Notes under the pieces: generated by a model
The model's database searches: none
What the model was told of the DNA's origin: nothing
The model's input: only the letters and a program-made list of their open reading frames with translations
Assembly (NCBI GenBank): GCA_038046245.1
Contig: JBBSWO010000003.1
Span: 13,879 to 77,878 of the forward strand
Direction: 5' to 3'
DNA: 64,000 bases
Source: Nanobdellota archaeon
GTDB lineage: Archaea > Nanobdellota > Nanobdellia > Pacearchaeales > GW2011-AR1
Shown here: positions 18,129 through 28,300 of the stretch, one piece after another
How positions within the stretch are numbered: position 1 is the first letter of the stretch
How the letters are laid out: each line of letters begins with the position of its first letter
Program-made: the position numbers and the translations under genes

Positions 18129-19406
18129 TTACTTCTGTTTGACAATCTCAATGCAGACGCCTGCAGCAACAGTTGAACCAGCATCTCTTACAGCGAATCT
18201 ACTCATGAATGGGTTGTTCTTCTGTGTTTCCAAAGCAAGGTTTCCCTGAGGCTTTATTCTTACTTTAGCAACGTCTCCATTTTTCAAGAAGTCAGGATTT
18301 TCCTTTATGACTTGCCCTGATTTTGGATCAATCTGTGCTATAAGCTCAGTGAACTGGCATGGCACTTGTGCTGTGTGAACGTGAAATACTGGTGTGTAAC
18401 CTTTAGCCAAAACAGTTGGGTGGTTTATTACTGCAATCTGTGCAATGAATTCCTCAACGATTGGAACTGGGTGGTCAGCTGCGCATATAACATCTCCTCT
18501 TGCAATATCTTTCTTTCCAACTCCTCTTACGTTTATTCCGACATTATCTCCTGCAAGTGCTTCAGGAAGTGATTCGTGGTGAGCTTCTATTGTTTTTATC
18601 TCGCCATCAATTCCTTTTCCTGTTCTTCCAGGCAATACTTTGACTTTCATTCCAACTTTCATCCTTCCAGTTTCAATCTTTCCTACTGGAACAGTTCCTA
18701 TTCCTGTAATTTCATAAACATCCTGAACCGGCATTCTCATTGGAAGTTCTGTTGGAAGCTCTGGTTGTGGGAACAAATCAAATTGCTCTAATATTGTTGG
18801 CCCAGTGTACCAAGACATGTTTGCAGATTTATTCTTAACATTATCTCCTTTAAGTCCAGAACATGCGACATAAGCAGCAGCGGTTATTCCAACCTGGCCC
18901 AAAAGCTTTGTAACGTCTTCTTTAACTTTGTTGAATCTAGCTTGATCATAATTTACAGCGTCCATCTTGTTTATTGCAATAGCAACTTGCTTGACTCCCA
19001 TTGTTCTCAAAAGCCACAAGTGTTCAGTTGTCTGAGGTTCGACTCCTGAAGGTGCAGCAACAACGAGGAAAGCACAGTCAGCCTGTGAGGCTCCAGTAAT
19101 CATGTTCTTAACAAAGTCTCTGTGTCCTGGTGCGTCAATGATTGTAATCTGGAATTTCTGGGTCATAATCTTCCTATAAGCTAAGTCAATTGTAACTCCT
19201 CTTTCTCTTTCTTCTTTAATCTTGTCCATAACATAAGCGAACTCGAAACCGACTTTACCGTGTTTTTCAGCTTCAGCTTTTAACTTTGCCATTTCCTGTT
19301 CAGTAACAGCTCCAGTATCGAAAAGCAATCTTCCGACTACAGTTGACTTTCCAGCGTCAACGTGACCGACGAAGACAACGTTCATGTTTGGTTTTTCTCT
19401 TGCCAT
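18129..19406 (-). CDS. tuf: translation elongation factor EF-1 alpha
   Basis: GHVDAGKST (G1), DAPGHRDF (G3) and NKMD (G4). The archaeal-type N-terminus MAREKPNMNVVFVGHVD places the start at 19406. Confidence 0.95.
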   Translation of the reverse strand: MAREKPNMNVVFVGHVDAGKSTVVGRLLFDTGAVTEQEMAKLKAEAEKHGKVGFEFAYVMDKIKEERERGVTIDLAYRKIMTQKFQITIIDAPGHRDFVKNMITGASQADCAFLVVAAPSGVEPQTTEHLWLLRTMGVKQVAIAINKMDAVNYDQARFNKVKEDVTKLLGQVGITAAAYVACSGLKGDNVKNKSANMSWYTGPTILEQFDLFPQPELPTELPMRMPVQDVYEITGIGTVPVGKIETGRMKVGMKVKVLPGRTGKGIDGEIKTIEAHHESLPEALAGDNVGINVRGVGKKDIARGDVICAADHPVPIVEEFIAQIAVINHPTVLAKGYTPVFHVHTAQVPCQFTELIAQIDPKSGQVIKENPDFLKNGDVAKVRIKPQGNLALETQKNNPFMSRFAVRDAGSTVAAGVCIEIVKQK

Positions 19407-19534
19407 TTTGTTTGTTTTTTGTATCAATTTTCCGTAGAAAATTTAAGTAATGATGTAAAAAAATTGTGGTTTATAAAGTTTTTGGTAATACTGATTTTAA
19501 CAAAATTTAAAAACACCCTTTAAGAATTCTAATT

Positions 19535-20027
19535 ATGCAAACTAAAACAAGATCTGAAAAAAGCGCAAACAAGGATTCCTGGAAACTTGTTCATACTAGC
19601 AAGTATTCTCACATATTCACGAGAGACCAAACTATTTTAGGTAAAAGTGTTATTGACGGGAATAATCATGTAAATAACGCAGGATATGCCGGATTTATTG
19701 AAACGATAAGACAAGACCAATTTTTGCCAAGTTATGGGTTTAGCGACCATATCTTTAATGAAATGGGCTGGCCAACAAATAAGAAGGAGCATTGAATTTA
19801 CTTTCGGACGAGGATTGCAAGAAGGGGAGAGAACAGAAGTCAATCTTGAGGTTTATGTTGAACCAAGAACACTTTTTCACATGGTTTTTGATTTTTACAA
19901 TTCTCACGGAAAACCAGCAGCACAAGCAGTAACCAATGATTTCTTCAAAAGAAATATCGGCGGAGCATGGACACTTTACTCTAAACCTGTTCCAGAATTT
20001 TTCTTAGAGAAAATCAGAAACGTTTGA
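19535..20027 (+). pseudogene. hotdog-fold acyl-CoA thioesterase (4HBT-like), apparently frameshifted near 19770-19795
   Basis: ORF 19535-19795 carries the N-terminal half (NNHVNNAGYAGFIETIRQDQFL). Overlapping ORF 19734-20027, in another frame, carries the C-terminal half (IEFTFGRGLQEGERTEVNLEVYVE...HMVFDFYNSHGKPAAQAVT). Confidence 0.5.
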
Positions 20028-20123
20028 TAAAACCAAATCATCTATTTTTATCATATAATTATTTAGAAAAATTCTTTTGATGGGTTGGTCTTGTTCAATC
20101 TTTTCTAAAAAGATTATTGTGTT

Positions 20124-22313
20124 TTACTGATTTTCACTCAAGCCCTTTCTAGTTCTTATCTTCCTTATTACATCGTCCTGCAAAGAGGCCGGTGTTTTCT
20201 CGAAGAACTGATCAGATAAAGATGAAACTCCTCTTCCCTCTGTTGCAGATCTCAAATCAGAACTCCATCCAAGCATTTCAGCGACGGGAAGTTTTGCTTC
20301 GATTGTGACTCCAGCATCGTCCTGCTTCACATCTAAAAGCTGTCCTCTTTTGCTGGATATTAACTTATTTACCTCTCCTAAAAATGAAGTTGGCGCTTCT
20401 ATTATGTGGACTTGAATAGGCTCAAACATTGACGGTGAAGCTTCTTTCATTGCTTCTTTGATTGACTCTCTTACAGCAGGATAAACCTGTGCAGGACCCC
20501 TGTGGATCGCGTCCTCGTGTAGTTTTATATCTGCCAAAGAAATTTTCATCTTCATACAAGGCTCTCTTGCCAAAGGCCCTTGGTCTATCACCATTTCAAA
20601 TGCGTCCAAAACCATTTCTATTACTTCACCAAGATGGACTTCTCCTCTCGTTTCATCAACCAACATGTTTCCTTTGTAAATATCTCTGACGCCTCTTATT
20701 GAATCTCCATCCCATCCTATTTTTGAAAGCACATCAAAGACTTCCTGGCTTTTCTTTTTTATTCTTCCTTCTCTTAATTCTCCATTCCTTATCGCCTGAT
20801 AAACATCATCTTCTAATGGCTCAACTTTCATGAAGAAACTATTGTGTTTGTTAGGACTTCTTCCCTCAACAGCGTCGGATTTTTTTAAAACTGTTTCTCT
20901 GTAAACAATAATTGGCGAGGAAGTTTTTATTGAAAGCCCCTTTTCAGTCCTTATCCTGTTTTCAATAATCTCTAAATGCAATTCTCCCATTCCAGACATA
21001 AGATTTTCTCCAGTCTGCTCGTTGATTTCAATTTTTATTGATGGATCTTCCTTTCCAACTTTTTTCAATATTTCAACAAGCTTTGGAAGATCAGCTGTTT
21101 TCTCAACTTCAATGGCTTTGGTAATAACTGGCTCAAAAATATGTTTCAATTCTTCAAATGGAGTTTCTGGTTCAAGTGTGATGGTCTCTCCAGCTTCGCC
21201 TGCAATTCCTGATATGGCCAAAACATTTCCTGCAACGATTTCGTCAATTTGTTCAGGCTTTATCCCATTATAGACAAACAGCTGCTGTATTTTCTGTCTT
21301 TGTTTCGCGAGATTAAGATAAACTTCTGTTCCAGACTTTAGCGTCCCTGAAAAAAGTCTTCCAGCAGAAATTTCTTTTCCAGACCTTGGCTCAATAACAA
21401 TTCTTGTAATGACAAAAGCGATTTCTCCTTTTGGATTACAATCCTTCAAATCTTTTCCGAAAGTGGTTTCAGAGTCCCCATGCCATATTTTTGGAATTCT
21501 GTATTTTTGGGCCTCTACAGGGTTTGGAAGATGCTTTACTACCATGTCCAAAAGAACCTCATAAAGAGGTGCGTTCTTCCAACACCACTCTTTTCTATCT
21601 TCTTCAGTCATTTCATAAAGTGCTAAAATATCTTTGAAATTAATTCCTTTTTTCTGCATGAATGGAACAGACATCGCCCAGTTTTCTCTTGCCGATCCGA
21701 ACGCAACACTTCCATCTTTTATGTCAACAGCCCAACTTTCTTTAAATTCACCTTCAGCAACTTTTCTTATCAATTCGTTGAATTCGTGGAAAATTTCAAC
21801 AAATCTTTGCTGCATTTGCTCCGGAGTCAACTTTAATTCTTTTATTAATCTGTCAACTTTGTTTATGAACAAGACCGGCCTCACTCTTTCCCTCAATGCT
21901 TGTTTGACCACTGTTTCTGTTTGGGGCATTATTCCTTCAACAGCGCAGACAAGAACAATAGTTCCGTCAATTGCTCTCATGGCTCTTGTAACATTTCCAG
22001 AGAAATCAACGTGTCCGGGGGTGTCAATTAAATTAATTAAATATTCTTCCCCATGATAGTCGTGGACCATTGAAACATTTGCAGCGTCAACAGTCATAAG
22101 CCTTTCCTGCTCGTCAGAGTGCTGCCATGTTGCCATTCCTGCCTCAAGATCTCCTGCAGATTTTGAAGCCATGTAACCTGATGCGGCAAGAAGATTGTCT
22201 GTCAAAGCAGTTTTACCATGGTGAATGTGTGCAGATGTTGCAATATTCCTAATATTCTTTTGATACTTGTTGATTCTCTTTATCTTGTCAAATTGTGATT
22301 CTTTGTCTGCCAT
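20124..22313 (-). CDS. fusA: translation elongation factor EF-2
   Basis: AHIHHGKTALTDNLL and DTPGHVDF GTPase blocks. The diphthamide-loop motif HEDAIHRGPAQ is diagnostic of archaeal/eukaryotic EF-2. Confidence 0.95.
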   Translation of the reverse strand: MADKESQFDKIKRINKYQKNIRNIATSAHIHHGKTALTDNLLAASGYMASKSAGDLEAGMATWQHSDEQERLMTVDAANVSMVHDYHGEEYLINLIDTPGHVDFSGNVTRAMRAIDGTIVLVCAVEGIMPQTETVVKQALRERVRPVLFINKVDRLIKELKLTPEQMQQRFVEIFHEFNELIRKVAEGEFKESWAVDIKDGSVAFGSARENWAMSVPFMQKKGINFKDILALYEMTEEDRKEWCWKNAPLYEVLLDMVVKHLPNPVEAQKYRIPKIWHGDSETTFGKDLKDCNPKGEIAFVITRIVIEPRSGKEISAGRLFSGTLKSGTEVYLNLAKQRQKIQQLFVYNGIKPEQIDEIVAGNVLAISGIAGEAGETITLEPETPFEELKHIFEPVITKAIEVEKTADLPKLVEILKKVGKEDPSIKIEINEQTGENLMSGMGELHLEIIENRIRTEKGLSIKTSSPIIVYRETVLKKSDAVEGRSPNKHNSFFMKVEPLEDDVYQAIRNGELREGRIKKKSQEVFDVLSKIGWDGDSIRGVRDIYKGNMLVDETRGEVHLGEVIEMVLDAFEMVIDQGPLAREPCMKMKISLADIKLHEDAIHRGPAQVYPAVRESIKEAMKEASPSMFEPIQVHIIEAPTSFLGEVNKLISSKRGQLLDVKQDDAGVTIEAKLPVAEMLGWSSDLRSATEGRGVSSLSDQFFEKTPASLQDDVIRKIRTRKGLSENQ

Positions 22314-22382
22314 TTTCTGATATACCTTAATTGAAAAAATGCTTTTTAAAGTTGTTGGTGAGAAAAATAAAGAAAGTGATGA

Positions 22383-22865
22383 TTAAGTACGTTTGTATCT
22401 TAATTCAAAATTATCAGGCAAATTACTTTGTATCTTTGCCATAGAATCCCCATTAGCCCCATAATCATCTACATTAACAACTCTACCTACAAGATCTATA
22501 TCAACTGACATTCCTCTTGAACCGTGAAGATTGCTTAGTCTTATATGCTCAATTTTTAATGTTTTTTTACCTTGCCAGGGTAGAGGAACTATTAGATTAA
22601 GATTTTCATTCTTCTCAGTCTCAGAACTAAACCATTCAGAGTACAGTCTTAAAACTTCTTTTTTTTTGCAGTATGACTCTCCTTTGATAGGTGTAGTTGC
22701 TAAGCTAACAGGCTCCTGAACAACTTGTCTGATCTGTTGAGCCAGATTATCAATGCCAAAATAATCAAAACCAGAATCTCTATCTATTGAAAATTCAACT
22801 TGTGCCTTTTCAATTGGGATAACTTTTAATATTTTTTCTAAATCAGGAAGTTTTATTGCATCCAT
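22383..22865 (-). CDS. hypothetical protein (160 aa)
   Basis: ATG ORF without a competing frame; no family recognised. Confidence 0.4.
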   Translation of the reverse strand: MDAIKLPDLEKILKVIPIEKAQVEFSIDRDSGFDYFGIDNLAQQIRQVVQEPVSLATTPIKGESYCKKKEVLRLYSEWFSSETEKNENLNLIVPLPWQGKKTLKIEHIRLSNLHGSRGMSVDIDLVGRVVNVDDYGANGDSMAKIQSNLPDNFELRYKRT

Positions 22866-22984
22866 TTTAAATTCACAATTTCTTCCTTTAAAAGAATTAT
22901 TGTGATAAGCTATGCTGTATCGTAACGCTCCTCAATTGACATTTTAGTGCAAAAACTTATAAATAAAATTCTGTCAAAGTTTAA

Positions 22985-23407
22985 ATGGAAGGAGTTAACA
23001 TATCTGGAATTTATCCTGCAGACTTAAATGACCCAAGAGGTATGACCTATGAATGGTGCAAGGGAATTCTAGGGCTTCAACTAACAGTGTTTGAGAGAAA
23101 AAAAGGTACAGTTTTCGGAGGCCATTATCATAAAGGATTAGACCCTTCAAAAAATCCTGAAAGATTATTTTTAATAAAAGGGCAGCTTAAACTTTTAGCA
23201 CACAACGGAATGATTGACTCGAGTCTGGAAGAGACAGTGAATGAGGGTGAAGAACTTTTAATTTTTCCAGGAATAATCCACAGCTTTCATTCATTGACAG
23301 ACATAATTATTTTAGAATACAGATCAACAATATTTGATAGAAATAATTCAGATACTTTTTCCCCTGAAACATACCAAACTTATATTGATTCAATGAAAAA
23401 ATTATAA
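22985..23407 (+). CDS. cupin-fold protein (sugar epimerase/WxcM-like)
   Basis: GGHYHKG ... LIFPGIIHSF fits the cupin two-motif pattern; 140 aa. Confidence 0.5.
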   Translation: MEGVNISGIYPADLNDPRGMTYEWCKGILGLQLTVFERKKGTVFGGHYHKGLDPSKNPERLFLIKGQLKLLAHNGMIDSSLEETVNEGEELLIFPGIIHSFHSLTDIIILEYRSTIFDRNNSDTFSPETYQTYIDSMKKL

Positions 23408-23408
23408 T

Positions 23409-24020
23409 TTACCTTGCAGAATCAGCCTGCGCTTCAGCTTCCTTTTTCTTCCTGACAGCAAAACTATCTCCGTTGTTGTCTGCGGCAAGCATTATTTCTT
23501 CAGACAAGCCCTGGACAATATTTTTCTTTTTTCCGAAAGCCTTATCTGATGCCCCGTGAACAATATGTTTTACTGCAAGGTTGACCCTTCTCAAAGGTGA
23601 GACATCAACAGCCTGAGGATATCTTGCTCCACCATATTCTATGACGGTGATTTCATCTCTAGGTGCAGAATTTTCTATAGCCTTTATTAAAACTTGAACC
23701 GGGTTCTTTCCAGTCTTTTCAGCAACTATTCTCAATGCGTCTAAAACAATACTCATGTTTTTCGTATATTTCCCGCTTGATCTTCCGAACATTATCCTGT
23801 GTTTCTTACCTCTGTGTCCTGCGACAGCAAGTTTATTCATTAGCCTTTCAACAATATTCACTTTTAACTGGCCCATTTTTTGCACGTTTCTTCCATAACT
23901 TTTTAGAATTAATTTTGGTTCAAGATTTATCACGTCTTTTAGTCCTGGATCTTCAACAACAATTTCTTGAATATCGTAAAGATCGAATATCTTGAAGACT
24001 GGAAGTTTATTGTGTGTCAT
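23409..24020 (-). CDS. rps7: 30S ribosomal protein S7 (uS7)
   Basis: Archaeal uS7 pattern (KLAVAGHRGKKHR ... ALRIVAEKTGKNPVQVLIKAIENSAPRDE ... GARYPQAVDVSPLRR) and its position in the str cluster. Confidence 0.9.
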   Translation of the reverse strand: MTHNKLPVFKIFDLYDIQEIVVEDPGLKDVINLEPKLILKSYGRNVQKMGQLKVNIVERLMNKLAVAGHRGKKHRIMFGRSSGKYTKNMSIVLDALRIVAEKTGKNPVQVLIKAIENSAPRDEITVIEYGGARYPQAVDVSPLRRVNLAVKHIVHGASDKAFGKKKNIVQGLSEEIMLAADNNGDSFAVRKKKEAEAQADSAR

Positions 24021-24184
24021 TTTTTTACCTCTCTATATTCTAAAAACACTCCACCACTCGAAGTTGTTACAACATTTAATTCTTTTCCCACCAACGTTGG
24101 AATTAATTTTCTGACTAATCCTTTTCCTAACTGAACTGTTCCAACCGTTTCATATTTTGTCTGATTATAATTATTCTCTGCCAT
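24017..24184 (-). CDS. small ORF (55 aa) between rps12 and rps7, weakly AbrB/SpoVT-like
   Basis: ATG at 24184, one nt after the upstream stop (TAAAATG). Its stop overlaps the rps7 start (ATGA). VQLGKGLVRKLIPTLVGKELNVVTTSSGGVFLE loosely resembles a swapped-hairpin motif. Confidence 0.45.
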   Translation of the reverse strand: MAENNYNQTKYETVGTVQLGKGLVRKLIPTLVGKELNVVTTSSGGVFLEYREVKK

Positions 24185-24185
24185 T

Positions 24186-24428
24186 TTAATCGAAAACTCC
24201 TTCTTCCACATGCAAGGGCGTAACAACAAGAGCCAATCCCTTTTTATTCCTTCTTTTGTTTTCTCTTTGTTCTACTGTTGCATTGTTGAATTGAGAAGGA
24301 TGGTAATTTTTACCCCTTATTCTAACATCATCAACGGCCAGGTGTTTTATTCCTCCGTGAACCGTTTGATTATTGACATATAATACCTCTTTAGGAACTA
24401 CGTCGTGTAGATAAAATTCTCTTGCCAT
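24186..24428 (-). CDS. small ORF (80 aa) between rps12 and rps7, unknown function
   Basis: It starts one nt after the rps12 stop codon (24430-24432) and fills the whole interval; no family recognised. Confidence 0.5.
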   Translation of the reverse strand: MAREFYLHDVVPKEVLYVNNQTVHGGIKHLAVDDVRIRGKNYHPSQFNNATVEQRENKRRNKKGLALVVTPLHVEEGVFD

Positions 24429-24429
24429 C

Positions 24430-24852
24430 TTATCTTCTACCCTTTTCTATTTTGCCTTGCACTAAAAGATGCAGAGGCTGATCATTTACTTGAATTACTT
24501 GGAATCTGACTCCAGGAATATCTCCTTTACTTCTCCCCTGTTTTCCACCGATTCTTTCTATAAGAACTTCATCGTGTTCATCAATGAATTTTTGTGCCAA
24601 ATTGCCCGGAATAAAAGCGGTCACGGATTTTCCATTCTTTTTAAGCTGGACCTTGCAGCATTTTCTCATTGCTGAGTTTGGCTGCTTCGCTTCTTTTTGA
24701 ATCTTTGAGAGAACAATTCCTCTTGCTTGATTCGCTCCTTCCAACGGATCTGATTTTGCATAAAGATTTAGAGTCCTAGATATGTAGTGTCTATCACTCC
24801 ATCTGAATCTTTTCCTGTCCTTTACTTTCTTTTTTGCAGCTTTTAATGACAT
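24430..24852 (-). CDS. rps12: 30S ribosomal protein S12 (uS12)
   Basis: [28 protein letters not shown] and GVRFQV blocks are typical of archaeal uS12. Confidence 0.9.
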   Translation of the reverse strand: MSLKAAKKKVKDRKRFRWSDRHYISRTLNLYAKSDPLEGANQARGIVLSKIQKEAKQPNSAMRKCCKVQLKKNGKSVTAFIPGNLAQKFIDEHDEVLIERIGGKQGRSKGDIPGVRFQVIQVNDQPLHLLVQGKIEKGRR

Positions 24853-24909
24853 ATGATTATACTATAAAATTAGTTTAAAAAGGTTTCCTTGGGAAAATCT
24901 GAAATGCAT

Positions 24910-25326
24910 TCACTGTATCCTAAACTCTTTGCCGAAAAAATCTTTTATGATTTTTTGCATTTCTAGAAGTCTTCTTTTGTTTCTTCCTATAAGCGCGGCT
25001 TTGTTCTGCGAGCTTGCGTTTAGCACAATTTCTCCTTCGTTTATGCTTAGATCCTTGAATGTTATTGGGTCAACAATATTTTGCACGAATTGTTTTGCAT
25101 ATTCAATCCCCTCAGGCATTGGAATAACTCTTATTCTTCTTCCGAGGATTTCGCTAAGCCTTCTTATATTTCTGGCCTTTTCCCCCAAAGCTCTTGCAAT
25201 AAGGGGTCTTGGAACACAGTAAAAAATTGTCTCATTATACCTAAAACAAAAATTAGTCCTTATTCTTGTGACTTTCTCAAACAAATTGAGATGTCTCATG
25301 ATCTGCATGTCAATAGTTGTATCCAT
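24910..25326 (-). CDS. nusA: archaeal NusA-like KH-domain transcription factor
   Basis: ~140 aa two-KH-domain pattern (LFEKVT...CF....IFYCVPRPLIARALGEKARNIRRLSEILGRRIRVI). Canonical position between rpoA and rps12. Confidence 0.8.
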   Translation of the reverse strand: MDTTIDMQIMRHLNLFEKVTRIRTNFCFRYNETIFYCVPRPLIARALGEKARNIRRLSEILGRRIRVIPMPEGIEYAKQFVQNIVDPITFKDLSINEGEIVLNASSQNKAALIGRNKRRLLEMQKIIKDFFGKEFRIQ

Positions 25327-25393
25327 AGTGTATTACTCTCTTAAAAAAATTTTGTTTATAAAACTTTGTAATTAGAAAAATTCAAATTAAATT

Positions 25394-28300
25394 TTACTTA
25401 TTTGCTCTATCAACAACTTCACTCTTTGCAGTCTTTAACTCTGACTCTTTTTTCTTCAAAGGCCCGACAACTTGCACAAGAAGTCCTGGTAATCCAGTCC
25501 CGACGGGAACAGGTTGATTCAAGATTATGTTTTCTATTACGCTTGTTAATTTATCCTTGCTTCCCTTTATTGTTGCATTGACAAATTGTTTTACAGGAGT
25601 TTCGAATGTCGCCCTTGCCAAAATAGAAGCTTTCTGTGCTATGATACCAATTCTTGTGACTCCTTTAACATCTCCAGTATTGGTCATCGCATCTGCAACA
25701 AGTTTCAAATGTCTTTCATCAATATCAAGCCCCTGAGGTTTTATGACTGCCCTGATTTCTTCAATAATCAATTGTCTTGCAACTTCGATTCCGAAAACTT
25801 CTGCAACTTCGTGAAGATCGTTTGAAATTGTCTTGTGAGGATTTATTTCTTTGAACAATAAAACTTTCTTCAGATTAGTCCCAAGTGTGACAATGACATA
25901 ATCTCCATCTCTCTTTACAATCAAAACTTGCCTGACCCCTTTTATTCCAGAGATGACTGTATCCTTTATTTTTTCCTTAAGATTGTAAATTTCTTTGAAT
26001 CCCTGATCTTCTAAACTCAAAGATATAGCGTCTCCCTTATCTTTAACTTTGAATCCAAGCTCGTTTAATCTTGACACAACGCTTCCAACAGACATATGGA
26101 CTTTTCTTAATCCTTCCTTATCAATTTTTATTTCAACTTTTTTGTCAGTAAAATCAAGATTGACTTCAGAGGCTATCTCTTTCATAGTGACTTCTTTAAT
26201 TTTCTCAGCAAGAACCTTGGCGTCTTTCTCATTGTTATACTCTTTTTTCAGATATATCTCCATCTTTGGTGAAGAAGGTTTTTTTCTTGCGTCAAATATT
26301 TCGATAAGTCTTGGCAGACCTTGTGTAACCTGCATTTCAGAGACTCCAGCATAGTGGAATGTTCTCAATACCATCTGCGTTGATGGCTCTCCGAATGATT
26401 GTGCAGTTACAATTCCTATTGCTTCCCCAGGTTCAAGTTGCTCTTTGGTGTATTGTTTTGCGACGTCGATTCCGTCGTCTCCGTAAATGAACTGTATTAT
26501 GTTATTATTGCTGTCTCTTATTGTTCCATCGTATTCCTTTCTCAGGTCTTGCAAAGCATTTGCCAATCTTCTATACAAATAACCGGATTTAGGAGTTCTC
26601 AGGGCAGTATCCATAAGTGTTGCTCTTCCTGTTATTGCTCCAAAGAAAAATTCGCTGGGCCTTAAGCCCTTAATGAATGAACTTGCAATAAACCCTCTTG
26701 ATTGAGGAGAAAGATCTCCTTTCTTGAAGAAAGATAAAGTTCTTCCAGTGTAACCGATGTCAATTCTTTTCCCTTCCAAGTCCTGTTGTCCAACGCAACA
26801 AGCCATCTGTGTTATGTTAAGTATGTTTCCGCCACCACCACTTCTTATCATGTATGTAACTGGGTTTTCTTCAGGGAACTGATCTTTTATCAGCTCTCCA
26901 ATCTTTGTTCTTACTTCATTCAATGTTCTAAGTATTTTTATCTCTCTTGATTCCTCTATACTTTTTCCAGGAAGCATCTCAAGTGTTCCGTTAGTGCATT
27001 CATCTATTATTTCATAAGATTTCTTTTCAGCTCTTTCTATAATCCTCTTAGACTCTTCAGATATTTTTTCATCGACGTCAAAATCCTCCAATGCAATTGT
27101 GATGCCCTTATCATTCAAATAGTTCTTTCCAAGATTGAATGCTTTTTTTATTGTCTCAAAAGTTTCGTATCTTCCGAATTTTCTGTCAAGCTCTCTTATC
27201 AACTCTCCATCTTCTTGTCCGAATAATGTTTTATCAATTATCCCTTTTATCACTTCTCCATCTTTTATCGTAATGGATTTGTTTGAAAAGGTGACTTTTG
27301 GAAGTATGTTCGAGAAGATTTCTAAACCAGAAATTGTTTTCTTGGAGAAAATGTTGTCTATTCCGGATTGATAAAACAGCTGATTGACATATTCTTTTGA
27401 AAAGTTTTCCAGGCCTAAAAGATAATTTCCAGTTATTGAATCGGCTATACATCCTATCTGATTCGTTCCATTCTTTGAAGAAATCAAATTTTCTTTTACA
27501 TCTAAAAGCACTTTTGCTTCTGCTCTTGCTTCCTCTGTCTGAGGCGAGTGTATGTTCATCTCATCTCCATCAAAATCCGCGTTATAAGGGGCAGCGACTG
27601 CAGGATGAAGCCTGAAAGTCCTGCCTGGCAAGACTCTTACATAATGCGCCATCAAACTTCCCTTGTGCAAACTTGGGTGTCTGTTGAATAGAACAATATC
27701 CCCATTTCTCAAATGTCTCTCGACTTTATATCCTGGTGACAATTCACTTATTATTTCATCTTTTAGATCTGCGGTTATTTTTTTTCTCTTTCCATCAGGT
27801 CTTATAACATAATTTGCTCCAGGGTATTCTTCACCCATTTTTATTAATCCTTTCATGTTTTCAAAATTAAGATCATTAACAGTTTCTGCAACTGTGACTA
27901 CCCTTGCAATTTCATATGGAATTCCGACTTCATTAATTTGGATTGATGGGTCAGGAGAAATGACTGTCCTTCCAGAATAGTTTACTCTTTTACCGGCAAG
28001 ATTCTTTCTTATTCTCCCCTCTTTACCTTTGATTCTTTCAGAAATTGTTTTTAATGGTTGACCGCTTCTGTGTCTTGCAGGAGGGATTCTTGCAACAGTG
28101 TTATCAAAGAAAGTTGTTACATGGAACTGCAATAAATCCCATAAATCTTCTATGATCACTTCGGGTGCTCCGGCGTTTAAGTTTTCCCATAATCTTTGAT
28201 TTGCTCTTATGATATCAGAAAGTTTATGTGTTAAATCATCTTCACTTCTTTCTCCAGTTTCAAGAATGATACTTGGTCTAACAGTTACTGGGGGGACTAA

